This document shows positions 1-11,432 of a stretch of DNA of 35,437 nucleotides, in pieces. The translations under genes and the position numbers were made by a program. Under the pieces are notes generated by a model. That model had not been told where the DNA came from. It saw only the letters and a list, made by a program, of their open reading frames with translations, and did not search any database. Where the stretch lies: positions 1 through 35,437 of the forward strand of contig NW_014569462.1 in assembly GCF_000743755.1 (NCBI RefSeq). The letters run 5' to 3'. The stretch's first letter is position 1, and every line of letters begins with the position of its first letter. The stretch is from Blastocystis sp. subtype 4. Lineage: Eukaryota.

Positions 1-388
1 AGAAGCGAGGAAAGCATCATACTTCTTGGCCAGCTTACGGATCAACTTCTTGTTCTTGTTGAGATTGGTGATCTCATCAACGTTCATGCAGGGAATTCCC
101 TCCTTCTTGCAAATCTGCTCATGCTTATCATTCACAAAGATGCAGACATCCATGTGGGAGCGAGTAGGATTAGGAAGCTGGAAGGAACCAGAGAAACGCT
201 TATCCTTGGCAGGATCAATCTGCTTAAGAGTGACCTGAAGCTCCACAGTCTCCACAAAGTTTCTCTTCTTTCCCTGAAGCTTCAAGTCAAGAAGAGTGTC
301 CAAAGCCTTGCTCAGAATTTCGCTGTTAACCTTACTACAGAATGTTAGGCAAAATCCATAAAACGAGGATCGAAAGGACTTACCTCAT
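1..388 (-). CDS. RPL10A: 60S ribosomal protein L10a (uL1), 5' part; continues off the window start
   Basis: ATG at 388, intron 335-383 (GTAAGT...CTAAC...TAG). The spliced frame reads MSKVNSEILSKALDTLLDLKLQGKKRNFVETVELQVTLKQIDPAKDKRFSGSFQLP...KLIRKLAKKYDAFLAS, the uL1 signature. Absent from the ORF track. Confidence 0.95.
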
Positions 389-817
389 TGTTAATAGTTT
401 TGTGAATGAAGAACAAAAGCAATGAAGAGAATTAGTTTCGGTGATTCATTGGTTGAACGATTTTGATTCATGGTTTTGGGCTTCATTAATTATGATAGAG
501 AGATGCCATCCATAGTAAAGTGATAGATAGTTGCATGGAATAGAAAAATAAACAGTACACAGAAGGTAGGAGTGCTCCTAATTCTGATGTAGTTGTGAGA
601 GAATACACGCACAAAGCATTAGTTCTAGCAAACGTATATTTTGCAACATTAAGCATTGTTTTGTTATTTCTGGTCCAAACTTGTTTCATTTCTACTAGGT
701 AACTATATTTGCTTTGTTACTAACGTTTTCATTTTATCTTTTGGACTCTTGACTTATCTCTTGTAGAATGTTTACTAAGGATCAGTTTCAGCAAGTGAAT
801 AAGTCTAGATTGTATTC

Positions 818-2214
818 ATGAATAGAATTTGACAAAGACTCAAGTTGCTTCGTTTTTTGGGATTGCTTTTGTTTCGTCTCTAGTTATTTATATATTCTTA
901 CAGGAAATCGTTATTGGTACCATTCATTGTGGTATTTATCCTGCAGTAAGCGTGTGTATCATAACCTGATGTATAGTATTACGATAGAAGAAGTAAAATA
1001 GGTGTATCACGTCAGATGTTTCGATGTGAGAACGAAAAGGATAGGTTGATCAAGAGTTCTGAAAGTTGCTCTTATAATGGCTTGTTGATTCGTAGAAATC
1101 CCTCTAAAAGTATCCTCTTTGGGATTTGTATACGATAGTTATTATCGTGACAAGGGTACACAACCTCTGGTACTCACAAGTACAGCAGAGTGGAGATCAG
1201 GTCCTGAGACCCTGGTTAAGTATATTAACAATGTCTACAAGAACATTCATCGTTCGGCACTTGCAAAGAGCGAAACTCAGATTATTTTCCAGAAGAAAGG
1301 TTCGTCTGGGTTTGCTCATCAGATGCTTGGTTCATGTGATACATTTCTGCTTGCTTTGACGAATTCTCGTCCATTTCAGAGTTTGACGTTTTCTTGTATG
1401 TTAACATGTAGTTAACGCTCCAGGAATCCCAAGTCACTTTTTCCAATTTCCGTTTGATAATCTAACATATCCTGAGAAGTGGGATCTATTTTCGGAGTCA
1501 AATCGTGTAACAAAAGTGGTTGAACACTATCCATCATTTGCTAGTAAGGTTATGTATTCTCCAAAAGGAACAATTGTCGGTGTCAATGTTGATGGTTCAT
1601 TTAATCAATCGTATCCGAAACTAACAGTAATTCAGTCTTCTGCACCCATGACTAAACAAATATTCCGATTAGATTCAACACGAAAGTTCTTCAAGCACAT
1701 TGGTGTGGCAAAAGATGAACTTACATGGCAAAAGTGGTATGAGACGTGTATTCCTTCTCTATTCCAACCAAGTGAATTTTCAATGCGGTATATTTCTCCT
1801 TTTCTCAATCGGCTATCTGGTCATTATGTGATTGGCATTCACATCCGAATGGCTGGAAATTATAGTCTTTGGAAGGATACTAAAGAGTATTTAACAATGG
1901 ATGATATAACAAAACGAATGGGTGACATTGATGTTGAGATGATGTCCCATCCAAACCCGATGATCTTCTTGACAACGGATTCCATTGTTATTGAACAGCA
2001 GTTTATTGACAAATATTCGAGTCGTGTTCTCACAGCAAACTATTTACCTCAAACTTTGACGGGAAAACAATCCAATGAGGCAGGCCTTATGCGTGTTCTT
2101 ATTGAATTATATGTATTAGGACAAAGTAATGTGCTATTCCTAACTGCACGAAGTACATTCTCACGAGTTGCCTTGGCTATGAATAATCTGTCTCCTAAAG
2201 TAGTGTACTTCTGA
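818..2214 (+). CDS. Type II membrane fucosyltransferase-like glycosyltransferase (GT-B, NodZ/GT23/GT11-like)
   Basis: N-terminal TM segment after ATG 818 and intron 946-976. The C-terminal ORF has the fucosyltransferase-type motifs IGIHIRM, IFLTTDS and STFSRVA. Confidence 0.7.
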
Positions 2215-2216
2215 TC

Positions 2217-2233
2217 TGTTTGTTCAACAAACA
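2217..2233. terminator. Bidirectional polyadenylation element TGTTTGTT-C-AACAAACA
   Basis: Perfect 8-bp inverted repeat with a 1-nt spacer between two convergent genes. Each half lies 4 nt past an in-frame T of its gene. Confidence 0.85.
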
Positions 2234-2237
2234 TATA

Positions 2238-4566
2238 AAATCTCCTGATAATATGACTTCTGTTTGGTAAAACAGACTTTAGAACTTTGAACATGCCTAT
2301 ACTCTCGATTAAACCGCCTCTGTAACTTGGCATATACAGTCTTCATCGGATTCATCTCATCACTGTGAATAACCTCATGATATTTGACCCTAAAATCCGA
2401 ACTACATCAAATTCAAGTCTTTATCACCTACTCAGGATGTGGAAAATCCATAGCAAATGCATGATTAAGAATAAAAAATGAGTATCCCATTTGACGAAGG
2501 TTTTCAAAATATTGAACCTTATTGTATCCATAATCAACAAACTCCTCATGAAAGAGAGGAGTCGTGTTCTGATATCGGACTAACATATAAGGTTCCATGA
2601 AATTTGTTAGGAAACAGCGAATTCGGGAAGCTGGTGATTTTTGACGAGTCACATACCATTCTGGCATTACATACATCTAAATTATGATTCTATCTCACAC
2701 TGTACATGTGTCCGAACAAGTCGCTTATTTGAAATACAATGACCATGGTACATACATGCGATCAACTCAGACTTGTCTTCAGGCTGATATTCATTGGCAC
2801 TAGTTATGATTGATAGAAACCAATTATACAGAGCAGCACAATCATCAACTGAGTTACAGTTGTTCAGCAAAAGAGTGTGATTGAAGAAGAATACAGGAAG
2901 GATGAATACAGTACGTGAAAAATGGAAGAATTCTTTAGGTAATCGCATGACTTCCGCATATGTGTTTGCTAGTGTGAAATCATATTGTAATGAAATACTT
3001 GTTAGTCGTAAATCCATATCCAGAACTAGAAAGTGTGTTGTACGGATATTCCGAATTGCAAGATTCCGAAGATAATTCACAGGAAATGCATTATTATAAG
3101 CGTGGTCCTCATCTGTTAAAAAGAGAACAAAAATGAATCGCTCAGGGAAGAAATGAGTATTGACATAGTGAATGACATGGTGTTCTTCTGTACTGGGACA
3201 TTGAAGAACAATTGTCAGATTCCTAGAAATAAGAAATGACTATTTTGGAATACCCTCTCCAGCGATAGAGTAATTGCTGAATGGAGAAGAGACGGTTGTA
3301 TCTATCTATCAAATGAAATTAACTCAGATACGTAGCTGCAGCTATACCCGTTACATCCGGAGTGGCATCATCAGGAGCAAATACAACTATTAATGAAATT
3401 CCCACGGGAGTTCATACAATTTGAATTGGAATAAATTTCGCTTGTTTCTTCATTTCCAATCCATTTACGTATTAAGTAGTGGTCCGGATACTGGCGAACC
3501 GCTTTGAAATGTTTGATTCCAGAAGGCATCGGACAGCCATCACAGTACTGCTGTTCCGAAGAATAATACTTGACACTAAAATAACGATTCAAGCGTTCAC
3601 GACGTTTTTGGTATTGATCTGTCCGTATCCGATCTTCGATCATCTCGTCTAGAGTATCCGTTAACTGCCCATTTATCTCCATCTCATGTAGAATAAGCTG
3701 CTTTGTTTGATTCCAAAGCAGTTCCTTATCAACGCTCAATTCAGTCGTCATTCGTTGATACTTCTGAAGGATAGGTAACATACATTTCGACTGATTCATA
3801 CGATCATAAAGAATGTTAATCACTCTTCGTTCTCTATCACTTACATTCAGATACACCAATCGAGTGTATTGAACACTCAAATGGTCACTCGGATAAATAA
3901 TATCCGTATCTTCCAGGACCTCATCTCGCATCCGCAAATACTCCTCAGATTCGGTCACTTTGGCTTCACTATTCCGGATATCAGTATCCACCTGGCAAAA
4001 TGTCTTAAAGAGCTTCGATTCATTTGAGTAGGCACTCCTTGGAAGCGAAGACCGAGGCATATAGTCCGGAGGCAGGATGTTCGAGATTTCCAACTTACAA
4101 GAATCATCAATAGAAAGATATTCCAAAGGTTCCGGAGAAGAAAATGAATAATCATCTGGTTGGAATACGATATCGTATTCCTGCGTGGAAGGAGCCTGTG
4201 GCTCATTCGCAGATGAAATACCGAAATTGAGTCCTAACCTCGACAAAATACTTAGACTATTGGTGTTCTGGAGATTCCTCGTAGATTGGTCACTAGGAGA
4301 ATCTTGTATTCTGTTGCCACTAAGATCATTTTCGTTTAGTGGCAAGTATGGTACACTATCAGGAGCAACATTTACTAGAATTAAATAACAACAGCTATCA
4401 TTACTGTCATGATAATATACAACGATATTCTCGTACTTACCGTGAGTGATTCTGTCTCGGCGAAATCTATGATCAAGAGAAACCAGAATTGATACGAGAG
4501 AAGAGAGAGAGAAGAGAGAGAAAACACAACAATGAAGAACCCTATAGCAGTTCGGAACATTCGCAT
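2238..4566 (-). CDS. GT49 / LARGE-like glycosyltransferase with N-terminal signal anchor and long stem; stop predicted to be poly(A)-completed
   Basis: Motifs [27 protein letters not shown] and [11 protein letters not shown]. Several ~30-nt introns (e.g. 2402-2431). The last exon ends ...YYQEI + T(2238). Confidence 0.8.
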
Positions 4567-5655
4567 GAAGCTGCTACAAGAAACAGAATGGCATCGAACT
4601 ATCCAGGCGTTATTATTTCATATACAATATCCACGGGAATGCGGCCATAATATCCCGTTTTAGATAAAGTGTATTCCGATCACGATATGTGTTAATGGAT
4701 TGACATTATTAAACAGGAGTAAGTACTTGATGTTACTTGCATACAAATAGGAGCAAATATGCTGTTGACAATACAAACCAGCACAAACTGGGGCATCAGC
4801 AGCACTAAATAATAGTGAGCTGAATTCTACTTATAAGTACAAGGGCTCTATGTGAATAGGTGAACTGGATACTTTCGCAACAATCCAAAGCATCTTAGCG
4901 TTACTTGACTGTTTCGTGGAAATTCAAACACCAAATAGGTCACCATAGTTGTAGGCGTGATTCTGTGTTCTGGTAGTATGTGGAGGTTGCATTTGAGTAT
5001 TACACATAACCGTATTTGAATGACTTGGTGTGGTGAAAGAGTTGGGTTATTTTAACTGGGATGGTATCACTTAGACTCCGTTGATTCGTGTTTTGTTGAA
5101 GTTTTTGATTTAAGTGAATGGAAATACGCATATTCACTAGAAACAAGAAAGCTATTGACAATGCTTGAACAGGAGTTAAACTAGAGACTTATTAGTACTA
5201 GGATGTTCACGATTTCGGTTTTGGTGGACGCCTGGGTGTGAATAATCCATTAATAACACTGAAGAGGCAAGAATATTGCCAACATAAATGTGTTTTGTGT
5301 GGAAACTTTGAGACACTTTTAAGTAATTGCAAGATGAAGTAGAAGAATCATTCTCTCGTTATAGGCGCCTGAACATCATCACTATGTTTGCAGCATTACT
5401 TCTGTCGTACATAGGATATTAGATAATGGCTTACACCATCGGAATGATAAAAAATAAAGAACTTTACACGTTACATATGTGTGTTTACGGTTCTTCTTTT
5501 CTATGCACCGAAAATGATCGATCACCTCCTCATTGAAGAGATCACCACGCTCGAAATTTGATATATACCAAATTATCCAACTATGGAAAGTAGATTTCTA
5601 TTTCGTTCTGATCACTCGTAATCTTTGTACTCTCTATCCGCTTTGAAACTGAGTC

Positions 5656-6746
5656 ATGAGTACTACAGAATGCGCAAATATTCCTAGCGAAGAGATGAAC
5701 ACAGATGAACCAGAAACAAAGAAATACGGCAGCCAAAAGCAGTGTTGTCATTTGTTATGACTTTTAGTATTAGATTGTTCGTTTCCGTTCATCTTTTCAC
5801 AAACTCGATATCTCTTTATTCAGAAGCAGTTGAAGACTCTTTCAGATCATTTGTCTGTTCTTTCTGCTCTTAAAACCTTCAATTCATCAGTTTTAACCGA
5901 AGATGTTCTCTGCTGTCTTGAAACTATTTGTCCCACGAACTCTGAGGTATTAGCCCTGAAACTGATTCATGAAACTGATGATCCAGTGTTTCTGTTTATG
6001 CAGCATCTTGCTCGGATTCCTGACATCTCTCTTCGCCTTGATGTGTATAATTGTGTCGTATCCCTATCTCACCGACTCGCTTCTCTAAAGAAATCAGTCT
6101 CTTATACTTTAGAGACACTTCGCTTCCTCCGAAATAAAAAGGAAATTTCGAGTCTATTTGAGATCATTCTCGCCACTCTCAACTATGTTGGACATCGTGA
6201 AGGGGAGCATCCCATTCATTCGTTTACGATTCGATTTCTTTCAGATTTACCGTCCATTCGTGGAGATCGAGATATTCCTACGTTGATGCTGTTTGTATAT
6301 TCTTACTCAGTTCACGTTTAGTTCGATCACAGCTACAATCAACAAGAATTACCCTGAAGTAGCCTCAACACTCCGGTTATTGGATTATCGTTGTGAACAA
6401 ATTCATTGGGCAGAGGTATGTTCGGAGATTGACGGATATGTATCTCGGTTCGACTGTCTGAAGGGTTATCATGGAGAATCGATTTGTCAAGAGTTCGATC
6501 CTCTTGAGTCTTCTCTTTCCGATTTGAAACGATCTGTTGCTATTGTTCATGAATATTTTGATTCTCTTCTTCGGTTTTTTGGTGAAAGGGAACAGGAGTA
6601 CTCAATTGATTCATTTCTTTCTCATTTTCATGCTTTCTATACTTCATTTCTTGTTCTCTCTTCTAGTGATGCTATCTATCGGAAATATGGAGTTGAGGAC
6701 GTGATTAGTGTAGATTCAAGCGATACCTCGGATAGTGATGACTTTT
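5656..6746 (+). CDS. Divergent formin FH2-domain protein (no FH1); 5' exon uncertain
   Basis: FH2-like pattern ICPTNSEV...FMQHLARIP...LFEIILATLNYV...FTIRFLSDL...TLML...LRFFGE...FLSHFHAFYTSF. Intron 6291-6321 joins the two ORFs in frame. Ends DDF + T(6746) before TGTTTGTT at 6751. Confidence 0.7.
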
Positions 6747-6816
6747 CTTTTGTTTGTTGGCTACTGAAGCAATAGAGCAATTTATCATTTTTGTCCATAA
6801 GGTTTTTCGTCATCGG

Positions 6817-9450
6817 ATGGTATCTCGGATAACGGGTAGCATCCTATTGATCTATGTGGTTTCTATATTTCTATCTATCGTTGCTCGTTATCCGTTCACT
6901 CAATGGGACTTTGTCAAAGAGGCATATTCATCCATCTCAAGCAATGAAGAGCTTCATGTTCTGGATATTGTGACATTTGGATCCGTATCCTCCTTTCTAG
7001 GTGGAGTTTGGATTGTCGTTTCTTTTTACTGTAGAATCGTTTCTATCACTTTTTTGAGTCGAATGATTCGATAGAATCGTCTGTGGGGATGTATCAACTA
7101 GAAACACGCCAGTTTCTAACAACAATTTTTATCACTATTGCCGGCATTTGCTATTTGATGTTATATGCGCAAGTTCATGGTGAATCGCCTTTTTCTTCGT
7201 TCTCTTGCTTCCTCTATCCTCAGTCACCCGGTCTACGTATGTTGCAGTGGTGGGTTTGTGGACTATCGATTAGCATTGTTGTGAGTAGTATATCGATTCC
7301 TTCTGAACGGCTATTTGAATGTCATCCAGATCAATCCAATCGATTTTTTGGTAGTAGATTGTTCGCTTCTCAATTGTAGCTTGGGTTGTGGATGTTGCTT
7401 GTTTTTCTCATCAAGTTGATTGGAATGAACAGATCTTGTGCTTATTGTTCTGTATTGTTTTCTTGTCTCTTCTAACCCTTCTCTTCCTTCTTCTTCACTA
7501 CTATCAGTTTTCTTCCTCCGTTCTTGCCATTCCTATCGGTATCACTACTGCGCTTATCTGTTTCTGTTTGCCTGGATTGATTCGTTCCTTTCATCATCTG
7601 ATTCCAAGTTTTAATATTCTCTCTGATGCTTCGTCCTTTCCGTTGTATATTCTATTCCACGATCTTCTTCCTCTTCCTTTTTTGCGTATTCTGAGTCTAG
7701 GAAAGAAGATCTTTGATCTTGTGTACTTCGTCCAAGAGGTTTACCTTGTCCATTTGGTTTATCATAGGGTTTTGATTCTATTCGTCGAACTACTCGTCAA
7801 GTACGTTTCATTCCTGCTCTTATTGTTCCTTCTCTAACAACTATGAAGCAATCTGAATCACCATTGTTACCATTATTTCAACTGTGGATGCGAACAATCC
7901 TGATTATTGTACACAATCCTCTATTCATTTGCTTGAGTCTCACTATTTTCCAGTACTCCTTCCTTCACTCCAAATTCGGACTCTTTTTGTTCCCTCTTCT
8001 CTTTATCGAAGCTTCTCTTTATGGTATCTGGTGGAAACGCGTTAAGATTTCTTGATTTCCATAACTTCTAGATATCGGCACAGATAACACCTACTCTTCA
8101 ATTTGAAAACGAATCAGAAATCAAACGGCCTCGCAACTGGAGAAAGGATCAGGAAAGCAAAGCATTAGGTTTGTGGAGTTCGGCATTCTCAGGAGACTCC
8201 GTTTTACGATCTGTTTACTGGGGAATGCGATGGCTGATGGCCAAAATACGAATGATTCCTGACTTCCTATTTGTCGCGATTTCTGTAGGATCCTCGTATT
8301 TCTCGCAGTTGGATATCTACCCAACCCGACTTGTACAGATTCTTGTTGTCTTTTCCCAATGTTACATGCTACTTTCCATATCCTAACAATCGTATTCATT
8401 AGTCCTTCATCCCACCCTATGCAGTGTCGTCGGATTTATCTCGTCATTCAAGCTCTTCGTGTAGTTCGTCTTCCTATTTCACTTCATTCTAATAAATTCC
8501 GAAATCTCTTATTCATGTTCATTAATTGTGGTTTAGGTACTTTTTTCTTCTGAAATTAAGTTCAGATATTCTATTCTACAATGGAATCCATAAAGGTTTG
8601 CAAGTGGTGTATTCTCTCCTTGGCATTTATCTTCTATTTTATTTGGCATCATGGATGCGAAGTATATCTTCTTTATTATCTTAATCACAGAGTATATTCC
8701 TTCTTGGTCATTCCCAGATACTGTATTCTCTCTTGTAGTTGTAGATTCTGTGATTGATCTGATTCTCGTTTCCATCATTCAATATCATTCAATTGCTTCT
8801 CTCATCGACTCTCTAATTTCCAAACCCATGTTTTAATTTGTTCTCTTCGTTACTCGTAGGATGATTGACGGATTCTTGTGCATTCACCATCCCATCAGTT
8901 ATCGTCTTGCAGTTCCTTCTCTTCTCCTGTATCGTTCTATCCTCTATATTCTTGAGCATATGGACATCCGCCAATCATCCTTCTTTTCGCGTTTTACCAC
9001 TCCCAAACAACCTACGGAATGTGTTCAAGTAACTCTTCCTTTACAACCCACCTTCCTTGGATATCATGGAGAAGTGATTCTGGAAACGAGGGATATCAAG
9101 CGATTACAGGAATTGAGCAATCAGAGATCGCGATCACTCTGGAGAATTCAACATCGCAAAGAAGGGGTCCAGATTCCTTATTTGGATTTACCTGAACCAG
9201 AACGAAGTACCATTCTTGAAGAGAAAGAAATTGTGGAACAGTCACGTCAGCACTTAGTTCCAGCCTGTTTTGATCCGGAGAGTTCGGTAACGCCATGGGA
9301 ATCGTCAAGTTATACAGGTAGATTGTTCGTTTATATTATTACGTAGTCCCTTCACCACAGCCACTCCTTCCAGCAGAATGTGCTACTGTGAGTTTTAAGC
9401 CTTTCTTGGCCCGATCCTGGGAGGAAGAGGACGACAAAAAGTTGATTTAG
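6817..9450 (+). CDS. Multi-pass membrane protein, possibly divergent Doa10/MARCH6 TM-domain-like
   Basis: Chain of hydrophobic + strand ORFs separated by ~30-nt GT-AG segments. SPGLRMLQWWVCG resembles the MARCH6 APG..FLHWLVG region from memory. TAG at 9448-9450. Confidence 0.45.
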
Positions 9451-9698
9451 TGTATCCTAATTGCACTTTGTTTGTACTTTGACAATTTTCGTCTTTTATA
9501 CTGTATCATTTCCTCATAATTACCACTTTCTCCTTGTTTACCAGGATAATTATTTATTTCCATCTGGTAATAAGAATTCTTTCTTGTAGAAACTTATTCC
9601 ATATTCCTTAGACAACTGACGGGAGTTACATCATTGTTTCATTGGCTACCGCCATCCTCGCTGCTAACCTTTCACTCTTCTTTTGTTATTTTGGTAAT

Positions 9699-11393
9699 AT
9701 GAAGGCCAAAGCTATCCGTACTATTTTCGGTGGAGTTTTGATTCATCTATCTCTCGGCTCTCTTTATACTGCTGCAAATATGATCACATATATTATCTCC
9801 TATTTGCATGTCTTAAAGGGTCATGCTGTGCGTTTTAAGTTTATCCCTCTCATTTTTAGAATATTACCAATAACATGGCTGGTTGGCTGTACGCTATTAG
9901 TATTATGGGCCAGGCCTGTTCGATGATGATTGCAGGAAATTTTGAGACACGTGTTGGTTCTCGCATTTGTACCTTGATTGGTTGCCTCATGTTCGATCTT
10001 TGTGTGGCTGTCAGTTATTGGGCAGTTAATAATTTTTACACTCTTTTAGCTATTTATGGATTTGTTGTTGGATTTGCCATTGGCATTGCCTATTCTGCTC
10101 CTATCTCCATGGGTATCTGCATGTTCTTCCTCTAATACATAGCTATTCGATGGATGCCAGGCAAAGGCGGTTTAGCAACCGGTGTGATTGTTGCTGGTTT
10201 CGGTTGTGGTGCTTTGGTTTTCAATCAGATTCAGGCCAAACTAATTAATCCTAACAATCTCTCTACAGTTGTCGATCCCACAGGTGTTTCTGAAGGCAAA
10301 TTCTTCCCAATTGAGGTGTGTAGAAATGTTCCTCGAGTCTTCTTGATTCTTGCGGGTATCTATCTTGTTCTCCAGATCATTGGTCTGTTGATCGTCGCTG
10401 AACCTACGGAGGACGAGCTCAATGCTATGAAGGAGAAGGCACTACCGATTACAGGAGATTTGAAGGGTAGTTATGCATGTATAGTGATTATTGATAGTCA
10501 AGGGTACTGGTTATACTCCTCGTGATCTGAAGCCCAAGGTGGAGCCTACACCTCGTGGTGCTCACGTTGTAATCGCTAGCGGAGCAGTGGTGGATCATCC
10601 TTACAAGCCGTCCGAGGCCATGAAGACAATCAAGTTCTGGGAGATTTGGACAACATTCCTGCTGGTGGGTCTCACTACAACGTTTATGTCCAGCTACTGG
10701 AAGACATTCGGTCAGTCCTTTATTACTGATGACCATTTCCTTGTCATGGTTGGTTCCATCAGTGCTGTGTGTAATGGTGTATTCCGTCCTGTATGGGGCT
10801 ATGTGATGGATAAACTCACATATCGATATGCTATGCCTCTGTTGTGTGTAATCACCGCTCTTCTGATTGGTACGTTATCTCTCACATCCCGCTGGAATCA
10901 TTATTTCTTCCTTCTATGGGTCTGTTTGATCTATCTATGTATTGGAGGCTTCTATGCAATGTTCCCTGCTTATACCTCGCTGTCCTTCGGTAATTTGTAT
11001 ATGGTTGGTAACTACGGATGGGTCTTCACCAATCAATTCATCTCTGCTTTCATCTCTGCCTTCTTTATCAATGCCTTCATTGATACTCTCGGTAACACTG
11101 GCGTGACCGTTTTCCTTGCTATTATGGTCGTTCTGGCTGCTCTAATCTCTGGCTTTGGTAAGAAGTGGGATTACCATGTTGGACGTCGTCATTTACCCAT
11201 TACGGGACCTTCTTCTGTCCCTACTGGAGTGGTTTTACCTGCCAATGTTGCTAGACTCGATACAATTGAGGAGAAGAAGGATGAGTCAGAGGAGAAGAAA
11301 GTTGAGCCTGTACAAGAGAAGCAGGAAGGAGAGGAGACTCCTGATGAGATTCCAATCGAAGATAATCAAGATAATACCATTTCAAGTAATTAG
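9699..11393 (+). CDS. MFS transporter, oxalate:formate antiporter (OFA/OxlT)-like
   Basis: GGVLIHLSLGSLY, GFAIGIAY, WMPGKGGLATGVIVAGFGCGA, NGVFRPVWGYVMD and GGFYAMFP. Introns 9828-9859, 10113-10142 and 10467-10497 all preserve frame. Confidence 0.9.
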
Positions 11394-11432
11394 TTTGCTT
11401 CTCTTTGGACTGTATTTTGGAACAAACAAACC

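Noticed and set aside
26..348. Plus-strand ORFs of 70 and 75 aa
   Set aside because: They are antisense shadows of RPL10A.
4495..4524. AG-rich microsatellite-like tract
   Set aside because: It encodes the Ser/Leu signal anchor of the GT49 gene on the minus strand.
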